64,000 nt of DNA, taken from Patescibacteria group bacterium (lineage in GTDB: Bacteria > Patescibacteriota > Patescibacteriia > JAXHNJ01). This document shows positions 1 to 9,550 of this stretch, in pieces. The notes beneath the pieces are model-generated. The model was given only the letters and a program-made list of their open reading frames with translations. It had not been told where the DNA came from and made no database searches. Both the position numbers and the translations under genes were made by a program. The DNA is taken from positions 16,111 to 80,110 of the forward strand of contig JBDRMK010000011.1 in assembly GCA_043812155.1 (NCBI GenBank), in the 5' to 3' direction. How positions within the stretch are numbered: the first letter of the stretch is position 1; each line of letters begins with the position of its first letter.

Positions 1-708
1 AAGCTGATGTTTCCCTGGTTCACTTTGGCATTTTTTGCTTTGCTGATATTCTTTAAAAAATATTTTTCCCAAAGGCAGGTTAACAAGACTTTCTTTTATT
101 ACCTTTGGTTTCTCGGGCTTTCTATTTGGCTGATGGTATATTACGGCAGTTTTGTGTTTTATGAGTATCTGGATAAAAGCTTGGTGGCTTATGGCATCTC
201 TTACGCCCGCTACTGGCTGCCTTTGTATGTTTTTTGCCTGCCTTTAACGGTTATTTTCCTGAAAATAATATCGGAAAAAATCTGGCCTAACCGGGCGAAA
301 TTTCTTTTTGGCCTGCTGTTCATTATTCTGATCGCCACCAGCCTATTCCAGGTTATTTTAGATCCTTATTACGGGATAAAAACAGTTAAGCAGGGATTTC
401 TTACTCAGGCTCAAGAAAAGCTTAATTTAGTTTTGAAAAACACGCCAGAAAATGCTATAATTATCGCTGGACAAAATGATAAAATATACTGGCCGGAAAG
501 GAAAGTTGCAGGTTTCAACGGCGATTTTGTGCCAGACCAGGTTTTAAGGAATTTACCGGTTCTTTACGGCCTTGCCCCGGTTTATTATGAAGAAATTTTG
601 GCCGGGGAAGTTAGTCGGTTGAATGCTCACCTCAAAGAGAACGGCTTGGTTTTTCAAAAGATCAGCGCTAGCGCCCGTTTGTATAAATTAACCGCGATAA
701 ACGATTAA
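1..708 (+). CDS. hypothetical polytopic membrane protein, 5' end probably cut by window edge (frame continues to position 1)
   Basis: ORF in frame from nt 1; several hydrophobic helices then soluble C-terminal part; no recognisable motif. Confidence 0.35.
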   Translation, partial: KLMFPWFTLAFFALLIFFKKYFSQRQVNKTFFYYLWFLGLSIWLMVYYGSFVFYEYLDKSLVAYGISYARYWLPLYVFCLPLTVIFLKIISEKIWPNRAKFLFGLLFIILIATSLFQVILDPYYGIKTVKQGFLTQAQEKLNLVLKNTPENAIIIAGQNDKIYWPERKVAGFNGDFVPDQVLRNLPVLYGLAPVYYEEILAGEVSRLNAHLKENGLVFQKISASARLYKLTAIND

Positions 709-710
709 TT

Positions 711-2240
711 ATGTCTGAAGTTGAAAAAAAGATATTGCTGGTAATAAAAATAGTTTTTATAGCTGTTCCGTTTTTAACTTTCTTTTGGATCGTCAACCAA
801 AACTACGCTTTGACCGGTTTGGTTAAGTACGTTTATCATCCGGACAAGTATCTAGCCAGCCAAATTATCACTTTGGACCAGGCCAATTTAATTCAAGGCG
901 TATTCCAGTCTGACGGGAAGATCCACTGGCAGGCGGCGGATGACAGCCTGAAATTCACCGCTAAAATTTTAAGGAATTTTGACCAGGTTAAAGTCAAAGT
1001 CGATCTTAATAACATCAGCCAGCCCGATGTCTATTTGCACGCCCAGGGCGGGGTGGAAAAAGGGGAATACCATGATCTGGTTAGTTCGCAATTCTTAGAT
1101 CAGTTGACCTGGCCGCGTCTGGGCAAGGAGAATCTGACCCTTTGGCAGCGGCCTGATCGGCAAAGCGGGGAAGAGGGAGAAAATGCGGAGGCGAAAAAAC
1201 CGGTAAAGCAATACCAGTCAATTGATGAATTCCAGGCGGATTTACCTTCGGCGGATAAAATCGGAGTTTTCGGTTTGCCGGCCGGGCAATTTTCCCAATT
1301 TCCCGGTTATCAGAATAATCAGGAAGAAAGAGAGATTAACCATTATTTTCGCGGCCAACATGCCATTTATTTTTACAAAGGCGATGAGCCATTTAGGCTT
1401 TCTTTTAAAAAGATTGATTTAAACCGCCAGGTTGGGTCGCATGTCTTGAATTTTAAGATCTATTCCGGTTCGGAATTGGTTTATAGTCGGTCAGTGCCAG
1501 CTGGCCAGGCGGGAGAGGCTCAAGAAGAAAGCGTAAGCCAGCCGGACTTGGCGCGTGGATTTTACCGCCTGTATTTTGACACCAATGAAGACGTGATCTT
1601 CGGCGATATAAAGACGAACATTAAATATTTATATTTTTATGGTCACGTGTTTCTGGCGGATGGGAAAGATTATTTAGCGGCTAATCCTTTTAAAGAATCC
1701 GTTTTGCTTACTGACAGCGCTTCTCTTACTTTAGAAACCCCGCATGATTCCGGAATAAACCAGAATATTACCATCGGCCGCAACCAGAGCGTGGTTTATA
1801 AAACCGTCTCGGTAAAAGAAAAAAAACATACTTACACTGCTGATAAATTAAAAGGGGAGAATTATCTTACAATTCCCAAAACCGATATCCTGGTGACTGG
1901 CGGAAATTTCGTATTCCCTGGTTTTGATTTTGTAACCGGTCTTATCATGCCTTTGGAAGGCAAGCTGGCGGAGAATAAAATTGAAGATTTGGATTATATT
2001 GTGGCCGCTTATGCCCCCAAAGAAAGCCAAGGCCTTATTTCGTATGAGAAAGAATACGCGTTCAAGGATCTTTTCCAGAAAGACAAAAAAATATATTTTA
2101 ACATTTATTCCCCAGGACTTTACGCCGGAAAATTACAGCTGGAAATAAAGAAAATTGAAATGACGTTTACCGGTCAAGCATTAACGCCGGCCAAAATCTG
2201 GGAAAAAGCCAAATTATTTATTAACAATACATTCAAGTAA
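711..2240 (+). CDS. hypothetical protein with N-terminal transmembrane anchor
   Basis: 509-aa ORF, single N-terminal hydrophobic helix, start overlaps upstream stop region (TAATTATG). Confidence 0.4.
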   Translation: MSEVEKKILLVIKIVFIAVPFLTFFWIVNQNYALTGLVKYVYHPDKYLASQIITLDQANLIQGVFQSDGKIHWQAADDSLKFTAKILRNFDQVKVKVDLNNISQPDVYLHAQGGVEKGEYHDLVSSQFLDQLTWPRLGKENLTLWQRPDRQSGEEGENAEAKKPVKQYQSIDEFQADLPSADKIGVFGLPAGQFSQFPGYQNNQEEREINHYFRGQHAIYFYKGDEPFRLSFKKIDLNRQVGSHVLNFKIYSGSELVYSRSVPAGQAGEAQEESVSQPDLARGFYRLYFDTNEDVIFGDIKTNIKYLYFYGHVFLADGKDYLAANPFKESVLLTDSASLTLETPHDSGINQNITIGRNQSVVYKTVSVKEKKHTYTADKLKGENYLTIPKTDILVTGGNFVFPGFDFVTGLIMPLEGKLAENKIEDLDYIVAAYAPKESQGLISYEKEYAFKDLFQKDKKIYFNIYSPGLYAGKLQLEIKKIEMTFTGQALTPAKIWEKAKLFINNTFK

Positions 2241-2245
2241 TATAT

Positions 2246-2677
2246 ATGGCAGAAATTCAAGAAAAAACTCCCTGGTATAAAAAAGAAATCATCCGGCAGA
2301 TTGTAAGCCTGGCATTTGAAGTCTCTTTGGTTTCCTATCTGTTTTTTTACCTGGTGGAAACTTTATCCGCTTCTTTTATCAGCCGTTTTTACAGCCTTAA
2401 TTATCATTTGATCTTGGTTATTATTTTCGGCGTCTTGACGGTTATATTTACATCTGACAAAGGAGAGGAGATTGCTCAGTTAAAAACGAAACCTAAAATC
2501 AGAGATTACGCGTTTATTATCATTTTAGCGTTAATAAGCGCCGGGATTATCTGGTTCAAAACCAAGGAATTGGGCCGACTATCCCTGGCGATCGCCGCTT
2601 TATCCGGCTTGATAATTTTTTCCCTCTCGCTATTATTGATGTTTGATAAAGATGAGGATAATGAAATAGATAAATAA
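2246..2677 (+). CDS. hypothetical membrane protein
   Basis: 143 aa, 3-4 hydrophobic helices, acidic C-terminus. Confidence 0.35.
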   Translation: MAEIQEKTPWYKKEIIRQIVSLAFEVSLVSYLFFYLVETLSASFISRFYSLNYHLILVIIFGVLTVIFTSDKGEEIAQLKTKPKIRDYAFIIILALISAGIIWFKTKELGRLSLAIAALSGLIIFSLSLLLMFDKDEDNEIDK

Positions 2678-2688
2678 TTTTAATTATT

Positions 2689-3153
2689 ATGATTCATGGC
2701 GTTCAAACCAAAAAATTAAAAGTCATTCCTGATAATCGGGGGTTGCTTATGGAAATGATGCGTTCGGACGACCCGTTTTTTCAGCAATTCGGCCAGGTTT
2801 ATTTATCAGTGGTGAAACCGGGCTATGCCAAAGCCTGGCATTACCACAAAGTTCAGACCGACCATTTTGTTATTGTCAAAGGCAACGCTAAAGTGGCTTT
2901 ATACGACGGCCGGAAAGATTCACCGACCTATAAAGAAATCAATGATTTTGAGATCGGCGAAAAAAACCCGGCCCTGATCGTTATTCCTAACGGCGTCTAT
3001 CACGGTTATACCGCTTTGGGCAATGAACCGGCTTATCTGGTCAATACGCCGACTGAACCCTATAATTACCAGGAGCCTGACGAGCAGCGCGCTTCTTTTG
3101 ACGATCCGACGATTGGATACAACTGGGGAGTATTGGACGGAGATCATGTTTGA
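2689..3153 (+). CDS. rfbC: dTDP-4-dehydrorhamnose 3,5-epimerase-like cupin (short RmlC form)
   Basis: N-terminal ..IPDNRGLLMEM.. and ..WHYHK..DGRKDSPTY.. match RmlC cupin hallmarks (DxRGxF, GLHxQ, DlRxgSPTfG). Confidence 0.6.
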   Translation: MIHGVQTKKLKVIPDNRGLLMEMMRSDDPFFQQFGQVYLSVVKPGYAKAWHYHKVQTDHFVIVKGNAKVALYDGRKDSPTYKEINDFEIGEKNPALIVIPNGVYHGYTALGNEPAYLVNTPTEPYNYQEPDEQRASFDDPTIGYNWGVLDGDHV

Positions 3154-3159
3154 TTAAGA

Positions 3160-3290
3160 CGAAGAAATTCGTCTATTGTGATACGTTGTCGCTGCCCGTA
3201 CCGTTTTAAGTCTGACGTAGTACGGCCGTACGACGAAAGCCGTATTACGTCATGGGCGTCGAAACCGAAAAACGTAAGACAAATTTTTTT
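3160..3290 (+). promoter_or_regulatory. structured leader upstream of kinase-ahcY operon: nested palindromes (AGACGAAgaaaTTCGTCT, GTACGGCCGTAC, GACGTA...TACGTC)
   Basis: multiple mutually compatible inverted repeats seen directly in sequence; function unknown. Confidence 0.25.
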
Positions 3291-3333
3291 TTCAACATCT
3301 TAATATCTTAATCTCTTAAATATCTCAAATAGC

Positions 3334-4266
3334 ATGAAAATCGCCGTTTCAGGTACACTCGCTTACGACCGGATCATGAATTTTCCGGGTTTTTTTAAAG
3401 ATCATATACTGCCAGACAAAATTCACATGTTAAATGTTTGTTTTAGTGTAAGAAATTTTCGGGAGTGCTTTGGCGGAACGGCTGGTAATATCGCATATAA
3501 TCTAAAGTTACTGGGAGAAGAACCGCTTATTTTTTCCCAAGTAGGATCGGATTTTTTTAAGTACCGGCAATGGCTTCAGAAAAACAAAATATTCAGCTCG
3601 AATTTAAAAGTTTATCAAAATGAATTGACGGCTTCGGCTTATATTATTACCGATCAGACGGATAATCAGATTACGGGTTTTCATTCCGGGGCCGTAGAAA
3701 AAAGGTCATTTTTTGATTCAAAATTATTTAAAAAGGCCGGTTATTCAATAGTTGCTCCCGGGAATAATGACGACATGAGGAAAAATATTAATCTTTGCCA
3801 ACGTTTTAAAATACCGTATATTTTTGATTTTGGCCAGCAAATTACCCGAATAAAAAAAGAGCTGCTTTTAGTCGGAATGCTGAACTCTAAAGTGGTTATT
3901 GCCAATGATTATGAAATAGAATTAATGCTTAAAAAAACCGGGCTGACAAAAAAGAAAATCCTTGATAAAATAGATTTACTCGTGACGACTTTAGGGCCAA
4001 AGGGTTCTCTGTTTGAAACGAAAACAAAGAAGATTAAGATCCCGATTGCCAAGCCGAAAAACACCTGCGATCCGACCGGGGCCGGGGACGCCTTCAGGGC
4101 CGGGCTGATCAAAGGTTTGATCATGAATTATCCTTTGGAAAAAGTCGGCCGCTTGGCCGCCTTGGTCAGCGTTTACACCGTGGAAAAATACGGCACCCAG
4201 ACCCATTATTTTACCTGGCAAGATCTACAAAAAAGATATTATAAAAATTTTAAGGAAAAATTATGA
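3334..4266 (+). CDS. PfkB-family carbohydrate/nucleoside kinase, probably adenosine kinase given coupling to ahcY
   Basis: C-terminal DPTGAGDAF motif of ribokinase/PfkB family; stop overlaps ahcY start (ATGA). Confidence 0.6.
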   Translation: MKIAVSGTLAYDRIMNFPGFFKDHILPDKIHMLNVCFSVRNFRECFGGTAGNIAYNLKLLGEEPLIFSQVGSDFFKYRQWLQKNKIFSSNLKVYQNELTASAYIITDQTDNQITGFHSGAVEKRSFFDSKLFKKAGYSIVAPGNNDDMRKNINLCQRFKIPYIFDFGQQITRIKKELLLVGMLNSKVVIANDYEIELMLKKTGLTKKKILDKIDLLVTTLGPKGSLFETKTKKIKIPIAKPKNTCDPTGAGDAFRAGLIKGLIMNYPLEKVGRLAALVSVYTVEKYGTQTHYFTWQDLQKRYYKNFKEKL

Positions 4267-5519
4267 AGTACGATGTCAAATCAATAAAAATGGCGGACAA
4301 AGGCGAACTGCGAATTGAATTCGCGGAAAAGCAGATGGATGTCTTGCGCGAGATCAAAGAAAGGTTTAAAAAAGAAAAACCCTTGAAAGGCTTGAAGATC
4401 GGCGCTTGCCTGCACGTGACCACGGAAACCGCCAATCTGATGCGGACCCTGAAAGCCGGGGGAGCCAAAGTGGTTCTATGCGCTTCCAATCCCTTGTCCA
4501 CTCAAAATGACGTGGCGGCTGCTTTGGTTAAATATTCAAATATTCCCACTTATGCCATTAAGGGCGAAAATCGTCAGAAGTATTACAAGCATTTGAACGC
4601 GGTTTTGGATTTTAAGCCAAATATTACTTTGGATGACGGCGCAGATTTAGTTTCCACTCTACACGCAGAACGACCGAAACAGCTAAGCCAAATTCGGGCT
4701 TCCATGGAAGAAACCACCACCGGCGTGATTCGCCTACGCAGCATGGAGAAGGACAAGGTTTTAAAAATTCCCGTGGTCGCGGTGAATGACGCCAAAACCA
4801 AGCATTTTTTTGACAACCGCTATGGCACCGGTCAAAGCACCATGGACGGCATAATTCGCGCCACCAATATTTTATTGGCCGGCCGGAATGTCATTATTGC
4901 CGGTTACGGCTGGTGCGGCCGGGGAGCGGCCATGCGCGCGGAAGGCTTGGGCGCCCATGTCATTGTTACGGAAGTTGATCCTCTAAAAGCGATTGAAGCG
5001 GTGATGGACGGCTACCGCGTTATGCCGATGATAGAAGCGGCCAAGATCGGCGATATCTTTGTCACCTTAACCGGCGATATCAATGTTTTAAGGCCGGAGC
5101 ATTTCAAGGTGATGAAAAACGAGGCCGTGGTTTGCAACTCGGGCCATTTTGACGTGGAAATAGATTTAAAAGGCTTGGCGAAAATGGCCAAGAGTGTCCG
5201 CCAGACCCGGGAATTTGTCCAGGAATATACCATTGGTAAAAATCAAAGGATAAATATTTTGGCCGGCGGCCGTCTGATCAACTTATCCGCGGCCGAAGGC
5301 CATCCGGCCTCGGTCATGGATATGAGTTTTGCCAACCAGGCTTTGTGCAGCGAATGGGTCGCTAAAAACTACAAGAAGTTAAAAAAACAAGTTTATAGCG
5401 TGCCGGAAGTAATTGACGAATCTGTGGCCGCCATGAAGCTAAAAACCATGGGGGTTAAAATTGATAAATTGACCGAAGAGCAGAAGAAGTATTTGGCGTC
5501 GTGGGAAGTGGGGACGTAG
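4263..5519 (+). CDS. ahcY: adenosylhomocysteinase
   Basis: full-length match to AhcY pattern incl. NAD-binding GYGWCGRG and ..HFDVEID.. Confidence 0.9.
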   Translation: MKYDVKSIKMADKGELRIEFAEKQMDVLREIKERFKKEKPLKGLKIGACLHVTTETANLMRTLKAGGAKVVLCASNPLSTQNDVAAALVKYSNIPTYAIKGENRQKYYKHLNAVLDFKPNITLDDGADLVSTLHAERPKQLSQIRASMEETTTGVIRLRSMEKDKVLKIPVVAVNDAKTKHFFDNRYGTGQSTMDGIIRATNILLAGRNVIIAGYGWCGRGAAMRAEGLGAHVIVTEVDPLKAIEAVMDGYRVMPMIEAAKIGDIFVTLTGDINVLRPEHFKVMKNEAVVCNSGHFDVEIDLKGLAKMAKSVRQTREFVQEYTIGKNQRINILAGGRLINLSAAEGHPASVMDMSFANQALCSEWVAKNYKKLKKQVYSVPEVIDESVAAMKLKTMGVKIDKLTEEQKKYLASWEVGT

Positions 5520-5652
5520 GTTTGGTCATGGGGTTTAGGGTGTGGCGGCTAGTACGGTCTTAGGGTTTGGGTTTTTAGGTAAAATTACAAATCTCAAGCA
5601 CCAAATTCCAAATAAATTCCAAATATCAAATTCGAAATACAAAACTCTTAAA

Positions 5653-5706
5653 CTCAATCGCTCAATCGCTTAATATCTCAACATCTCAACATCTTAACAT
5701 CTCAAC
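5653..5706 (+). repeat. tandem octamer microsatellite leader (CTCAATCG x2, ATCTCAAC x4) immediately upstream of rmlB start
   Basis: direct reading of sequence. Confidence 0.6.
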
Positions 5707-5715
5707 AACTAACAC

Positions 5716-6783
5716 ATGAAATTACTCATTACCGGCGGCGCCGGATTTATCGGCTCAAACTTCATCCATTACTGGTTGAAAAATCATCCTGGTGATAAAA
5801 TCATCAACCTGGATAAATTAACCTATTGCGGAAATTTGGATAATCTTAAAGATATTGAAAATGATCCTAATTATGAATTTCATAAGTTTGATATTACTTG
5901 CACCGATCCTTTAGGAAAAGAACCTGGTGGTTTTAACAGAGATATATTTGATAATCAGTTAGTGAAGTGGGTGAACGAATGCGATTACATTGTAAATTTT
6001 GCCGCTGAATCGCATGTAGATAGGTCAATCCAGGGTTATGCCCGTGATTTTGTTTTAACTAACGTTTGGGGCACTCATATAATGCTGGAGGCCGCGGTTA
6101 AAGCCGGAGGCAAGCGTTTCCACCATATCTCCACAGACGAGGTCTTTGGAGCCCTAAATTTGGCCTCTAGGCAGAAGTTTACCGAGAACACGTGTTATGA
6201 CCCTCGGAGCCCATATTCCGCCTCAAAAGCGGCTTCTGACCACTTAGTTCGGGCCTATGGGGTTTCTTTTGGCTTGCCTATAACCATTACCAATACTTCC
6301 AATAATTACGGTCCCTATCAGTATCCGGAAAAGCTTTTACCTTTGGCGATTACAAATTTAATCCAGGGCAAAAAAGTGCCGATTTACGGCGACGGGCTTT
6401 ATGTCCGCGACTGGCTTTATGTTGAGGATCACTGCCGGGCCATTGATCTGGTTTTACAGAAAGGGAAATTGGGAGAAACCTATTGCATCGGGGGAATGAC
6501 CGAAGACGTTAATAATCTGGAGTTGGTTAAAAAAGTACTTAAGATAATGAAAAAAGATAAAAGCAGTCTTACTTATGTTAAAGACCGGGCCGGCCACGAC
6601 CGCCGCTACGCCGTGGATTGGTCTAAAGCGAAAAAGGAATTGGGCTATAAACCAGAATTTAAACTGGATGAATATTTAGAAAAAACCATTCAATGGTATC
6701 AGACCAATGAAGACTGGTGGAAAAAAATAATCTCCGGCCATCATTTCAAAGGTTGGGAAGAAAAACAATACAAAAAACGATAG
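5716..6783 (+). CDS. rfbB: dTDP-glucose 4,6-dehydratase
   Basis: MKLLITGGAGFIGSNF.. N-terminus, YxxxK SDR catalytic region, length 355 aa typical for RmlB. Confidence 0.85.
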   Translation: MKLLITGGAGFIGSNFIHYWLKNHPGDKIINLDKLTYCGNLDNLKDIENDPNYEFHKFDITCTDPLGKEPGGFNRDIFDNQLVKWVNECDYIVNFAAESHVDRSIQGYARDFVLTNVWGTHIMLEAAVKAGGKRFHHISTDEVFGALNLASRQKFTENTCYDPRSPYSASKAASDHLVRAYGVSFGLPITITNTSNNYGPYQYPEKLLPLAITNLIQGKKVPIYGDGLYVRDWLYVEDHCRAIDLVLQKGKLGETYCIGGMTEDVNNLELVKKVLKIMKKDKSSLTYVKDRAGHDRRYAVDWSKAKKELGYKPEFKLDEYLEKTIQWYQTNEDWWKKIISGHHFKGWEEKQYKKR

Positions 6784-6804
6784 TTTTTATAAATTTATAA
6801 ATCA

Positions 6805-7007
6805 GGTGGAGATGGGGATCTCCACCTACGCGTAGATTAAAAAACGTATTCAAGCATCGCGTAGGCGGGAATCCCTATTCCTGCCGCACCGCAAAACCGC
6901 TGGAGGTGGAGATGGGGATCTCCGCCTACGCGTAAAAAACATATTCATTAGTGCGGAGCGTAAAGACGTCTTTAACCACCGCGTAGGCGGGAATCCCTAT
7001 TCCCGCC
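6805..7007 (+). repeat. REP doublet: two tandem copies of a ~85-100 bp unit each carrying palindromes GGTGGAGATGGGGATCTCCACC and GCGGGAATCCCTATTCCCGC
   Basis: copy 1 6805-6890, copy 2 6905-7007; perfect/near-perfect palindromes seen in sequence. Confidence 0.75.
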
Positions 7008-7017
7008 ATATATCGGT

Positions 7018-7524
7018 ATGACTCTTAGAAAAATATATTTACAGGAACAATGCTATTTTTTGACCACCAATGTTTTGAATAAGCTGTGGGTTTTTGGCCA
7101 CTTTAAAAATACTATTTATGTTCCGGCAATTCAGTTATGCGATGTCATTATTAATGATTTAAATTTCTACCGCCAAAAATTTCAGTTTCAATTGCACGGA
7201 TATGTTATAATGCCAAATCATTTACATCTAATATTAACAATTGGCAGTATAGGAAATGTCTCCGAAATAATGCGGGATTTTAAAGGTCATACTAGCTACG
7301 AAATAAACAAATTATTAAAAAATAAGAGTGGATTCTGGCAAGAAGATTTTTATGAACATACTATAAGAAACGAGCAAGATTTCGCCGAAAAAATGAATTA
7401 TATCCATAATAATCCAGTTAAATCTAATTTCGTAAAAAATCCGGCCGATTTCAAGTATTCAAGTTTTAGAAATTATTATTTGAATGATGATTCCGTGATC
7501 AAAATTGATAAAATTGTTAAATAA
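7018..7524 (+). CDS. REP-associated tyrosine transposase (RAYT) / IS200-like Y1 HUH transposase
   Basis: HUH motif in ..GYVIMPNHLHLIL.., later catalytic Tyr region (..HTSYEIN..), flanked on both sides by the same REP palindromes. Confidence 0.7.
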   Translation: MTLRKIYLQEQCYFLTTNVLNKLWVFGHFKNTIYVPAIQLCDVIINDLNFYRQKFQFQLHGYVIMPNHLHLILTIGSIGNVSEIMRDFKGHTSYEINKLLKNKSGFWQEDFYEHTIRNEQDFAEKMNYIHNNPVKSNFVKNPADFKYSSFRNYYLNDDSVIKIDKIVK

Positions 7525-7528
7525 ATGA

Positions 7529-7608
7529 GGTGGAGATAGGGATCTCCACCTACGCGTAGATTAAAAAACGTATTCAAGCATCGCGTAGGCGGGAATCCCT
7601 ATTCCCGC
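7529..7608 (+). repeat. third REP copy downstream of RAYT gene
   Basis: GGTGGAGATAGGGATCTCCACC ... GCGGGAATCCCTATTCCCGC. Confidence 0.75.
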
Positions 7609-7629
7609 CGCAAGTTAGTTTGAAAATCA

Positions 7630-7650
7630 GGTCGGATTCAGAATCCGACC
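7630..7650 (+). terminator. 10-bp perfect hairpin GGTCGGATTCaGAATCCGACC (no clear U-run)
   Basis: seen in sequence. Confidence 0.3.
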
Positions 7651-7666
7651 TTCTCCGAACAATAAT

Positions 7667-8269
7667 ATGTATAAAGGCAAAAAATATTCTCTTCCCGTCA
7701 TAAAATCTTTGATGAAAAAGATTGCCAAAGAGAATTTGATTCCCGAAGAAGTTAAAGTGGCCTGGGTTCACTCAAAAGTCGTTTACAATTTTGCCGATCG
7801 TATCGCCGGGGTCGCCGCCAAAAACGGATATAAAATAAACAGGCCATATTTGAAATCAGCCTGTTTTGTTCATGACATCGGCCGGATGATCACCGGAAGT
7901 AAAGGTTCAAGGGTATTAGAAAAGCCGGTTTACCACGGGTTAAGAGGTTACCGGATCTTAAAGAAGAGCCGGTATCCGGAATGCTTTGCTAGGATCTGTC
8001 TTGTCCATTTGAACGGAACAGGACTTGATAGTATTACCAATCGAAAATATGGTATATTTAAAAACAGAAATACTCTGGCGAAATCGGTTGAAGAAAAGAT
8101 AATCGCTTACGCAGACGCCCGGACCAGTTTCAATAAACAAAAAAAGAAACCGGAAATTAAACCGTTTATCTGGGCGTACAATAGGTTTAATAAATATCCA
8201 AGAGTGGGGAAGCGGTTAAAAGAAAACCATAATTTCATCCAAAAGATTACCAAAGGCCAAATTAAATGA
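7667..8269 (+). CDS. HD-domain phosphohydrolase
   Basis: ..FVHDIGR.. HD motif plus upstream His. Confidence 0.6.
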   Translation: MYKGKKYSLPVIKSLMKKIAKENLIPEEVKVAWVHSKVVYNFADRIAGVAAKNGYKINRPYLKSACFVHDIGRMITGSKGSRVLEKPVYHGLRGYRILKKSRYPECFARICLVHLNGTGLDSITNRKYGIFKNRNTLAKSVEEKIIAYADARTSFNKQKKKPEIKPFIWAYNRFNKYPRVGKRLKENHNFIQKITKGQIK

Positions 8270-9093
8270 AAATATTAATTTTAGGGGCGAAAGGGATGCT
8301 GGGCACGGATCTAATGCAGGTTTTTTCCGATCATCAGCCAACCGGCCTTGATCTGCCGGATTTGGATATTACGGATAATCTGGCTTTAGAGAAAAAATTG
8401 AAAGAATTAAGACCGGAACTGGTTATTAACGCCGCCGCCTACACTAAAGTGGATGACTGCGAGGAAAATATTGAATTAGCCTATAATGTCAACGGAAGAG
8501 CGCCCGGGTATCTGGCGAAATACTGCCGGCAGATCGGGGCCAAACTCGTCCATTACAGCACGGATTATGTTTTTAATGGCCAGAAAAAAAAGGGCTATCG
8601 CGAAGATGATACGGTGAGCCCATTGAATATGTACGGTAAAACGAAAATGATGGGAGAAAAAGTGGTCTTTGACCAGATCGACGAGCATTATATTTTGCGG
8701 ACGGCTTGGCTCTACGGCCAGAACGGCCCGAATTTTGTGAAGACAATGATCGACTTATCGGAAAAACAGCCGGAATTAAAAGTAGTTAATGACCAGTTCG
8801 GCAGTCCGACCTATACTTTGGATTTAGCCAAAAAGACCAAAGAGATCATTGAGGATAAAAAAATTAAATTCGGCACTTATCATCTCACCAATTCCGGCAC
8901 CTGCTCCTGGTACGAATTCGCGATAAAGATTTTTGAGATTTTAGGCAAAGACGTTAAAATTACGCCGGTGACTACCGAAGAATTCCCCAGACCCGCTAAA
9001 CGGCCGAAATATTCCATTTTAAAAAATACCAAGCTTGAGCCTTTAAGATCTTGGGAAGAGGCGCTTAAAGAATATTTATCTCATGAAAAATAA
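8266..9093 (+). CDS. rfbD: dTDP-4-dehydrorhamnose reductase
   Basis: MKILILGAKGMLG.. Rossmann N-terminus, ..YSTDYVFNG.. RmlD hallmark; ATGA overlap with upstream gene. Confidence 0.8.
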   Translation: MKILILGAKGMLGTDLMQVFSDHQPTGLDLPDLDITDNLALEKKLKELRPELVINAAAYTKVDDCEENIELAYNVNGRAPGYLAKYCRQIGAKLVHYSTDYVFNGQKKKGYREDDTVSPLNMYGKTKMMGEKVVFDQIDEHYILRTAWLYGQNGPNFVKTMIDLSEKQPELKVVNDQFGSPTYTLDLAKKTKEIIEDKKIKFGTYHLTNSGTCSWYEFAIKIFEILGKDVKITPVTTEEFPRPAKRPKYSILKNTKLEPLRSWEEALKEYLSHEK

Positions 9094-9532
9094 TCTTTTC
9101 AAAATAGCCGTCGGCGCTCTAATTTTGAAAGGTGATAAAATCCTGCTTCACCACCGCACGGATTACGACATGTGGGATTTGCCTTCGGGAGGGATGGAGG
9201 CGAGTGAAACAATTTATGAGGCTCTTGTAAGAGAAGTTAAGGAAGAAACCGGTTTAAAGGTAAAGCCGTTGAGACTGGCAGGCGTTTATCATAATTTTGG
9301 AAGAAAAGTCATTAATTTCATGTTCTTAGTAAAAGTATTATCGGGGAAATTAACCCTTAATGCCGAGGCAAATCAGTTCTGCTACTTCCATTATAAAAAA
9401 TTGCCGGCGAATTTTCCCCAAAAACAAAAAGAAAGAATATTGCTGTATTTTAAGGATAAAAAAACAGTCACCGTCAAAACTCAAAAAAGTGAAAACAGTA
9501 TTAAAAAATTAGGTTTAAAAAAATTAGGATAA
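9083..9532 (+). CDS. NUDIX hydrolase
   Basis: Nudix box GGMEASETIYEALVREVKEETGL. Confidence 0.75.
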   Translation: MKNNLFKIAVGALILKGDKILLHHRTDYDMWDLPSGGMEASETIYEALVREVKEETGLKVKPLRLAGVYHNFGRKVINFMFLVKVLSGKLTLNAEANQFCYFHYKKLPANFPQKQKERILLYFKDKKTVTVKTQKSENSIKKLGLKKLG

Positions 9533-9550
9533 TTTAAGGAAAATAAATCT

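Larger units (their letters stand above)
6805..7608 (+). mobile_element. RAYT-REP module (REP doublet - RAYT gene - REP)
   Basis: architecture REP-REP-tnp-REP. Confidence 0.6.

Noticed and set aside
3154-3333. SAH riboswitch upstream of ahcY operon
   Set aside because: Secondary-structure potential is real, but the conserved SAH-riboswitch sequence elements were not recognisable by eye. Kept only as a generic structured-leader candidate.
5520-5600. Telomere-like TTAGGG words / G-quadruplex downstream of ahcY
   Set aside because: Only two TTAGGG words and irregular G-runs. This is more likely compositional strand asymmetry of the intergenic spacer than a functional G4 or repeat.
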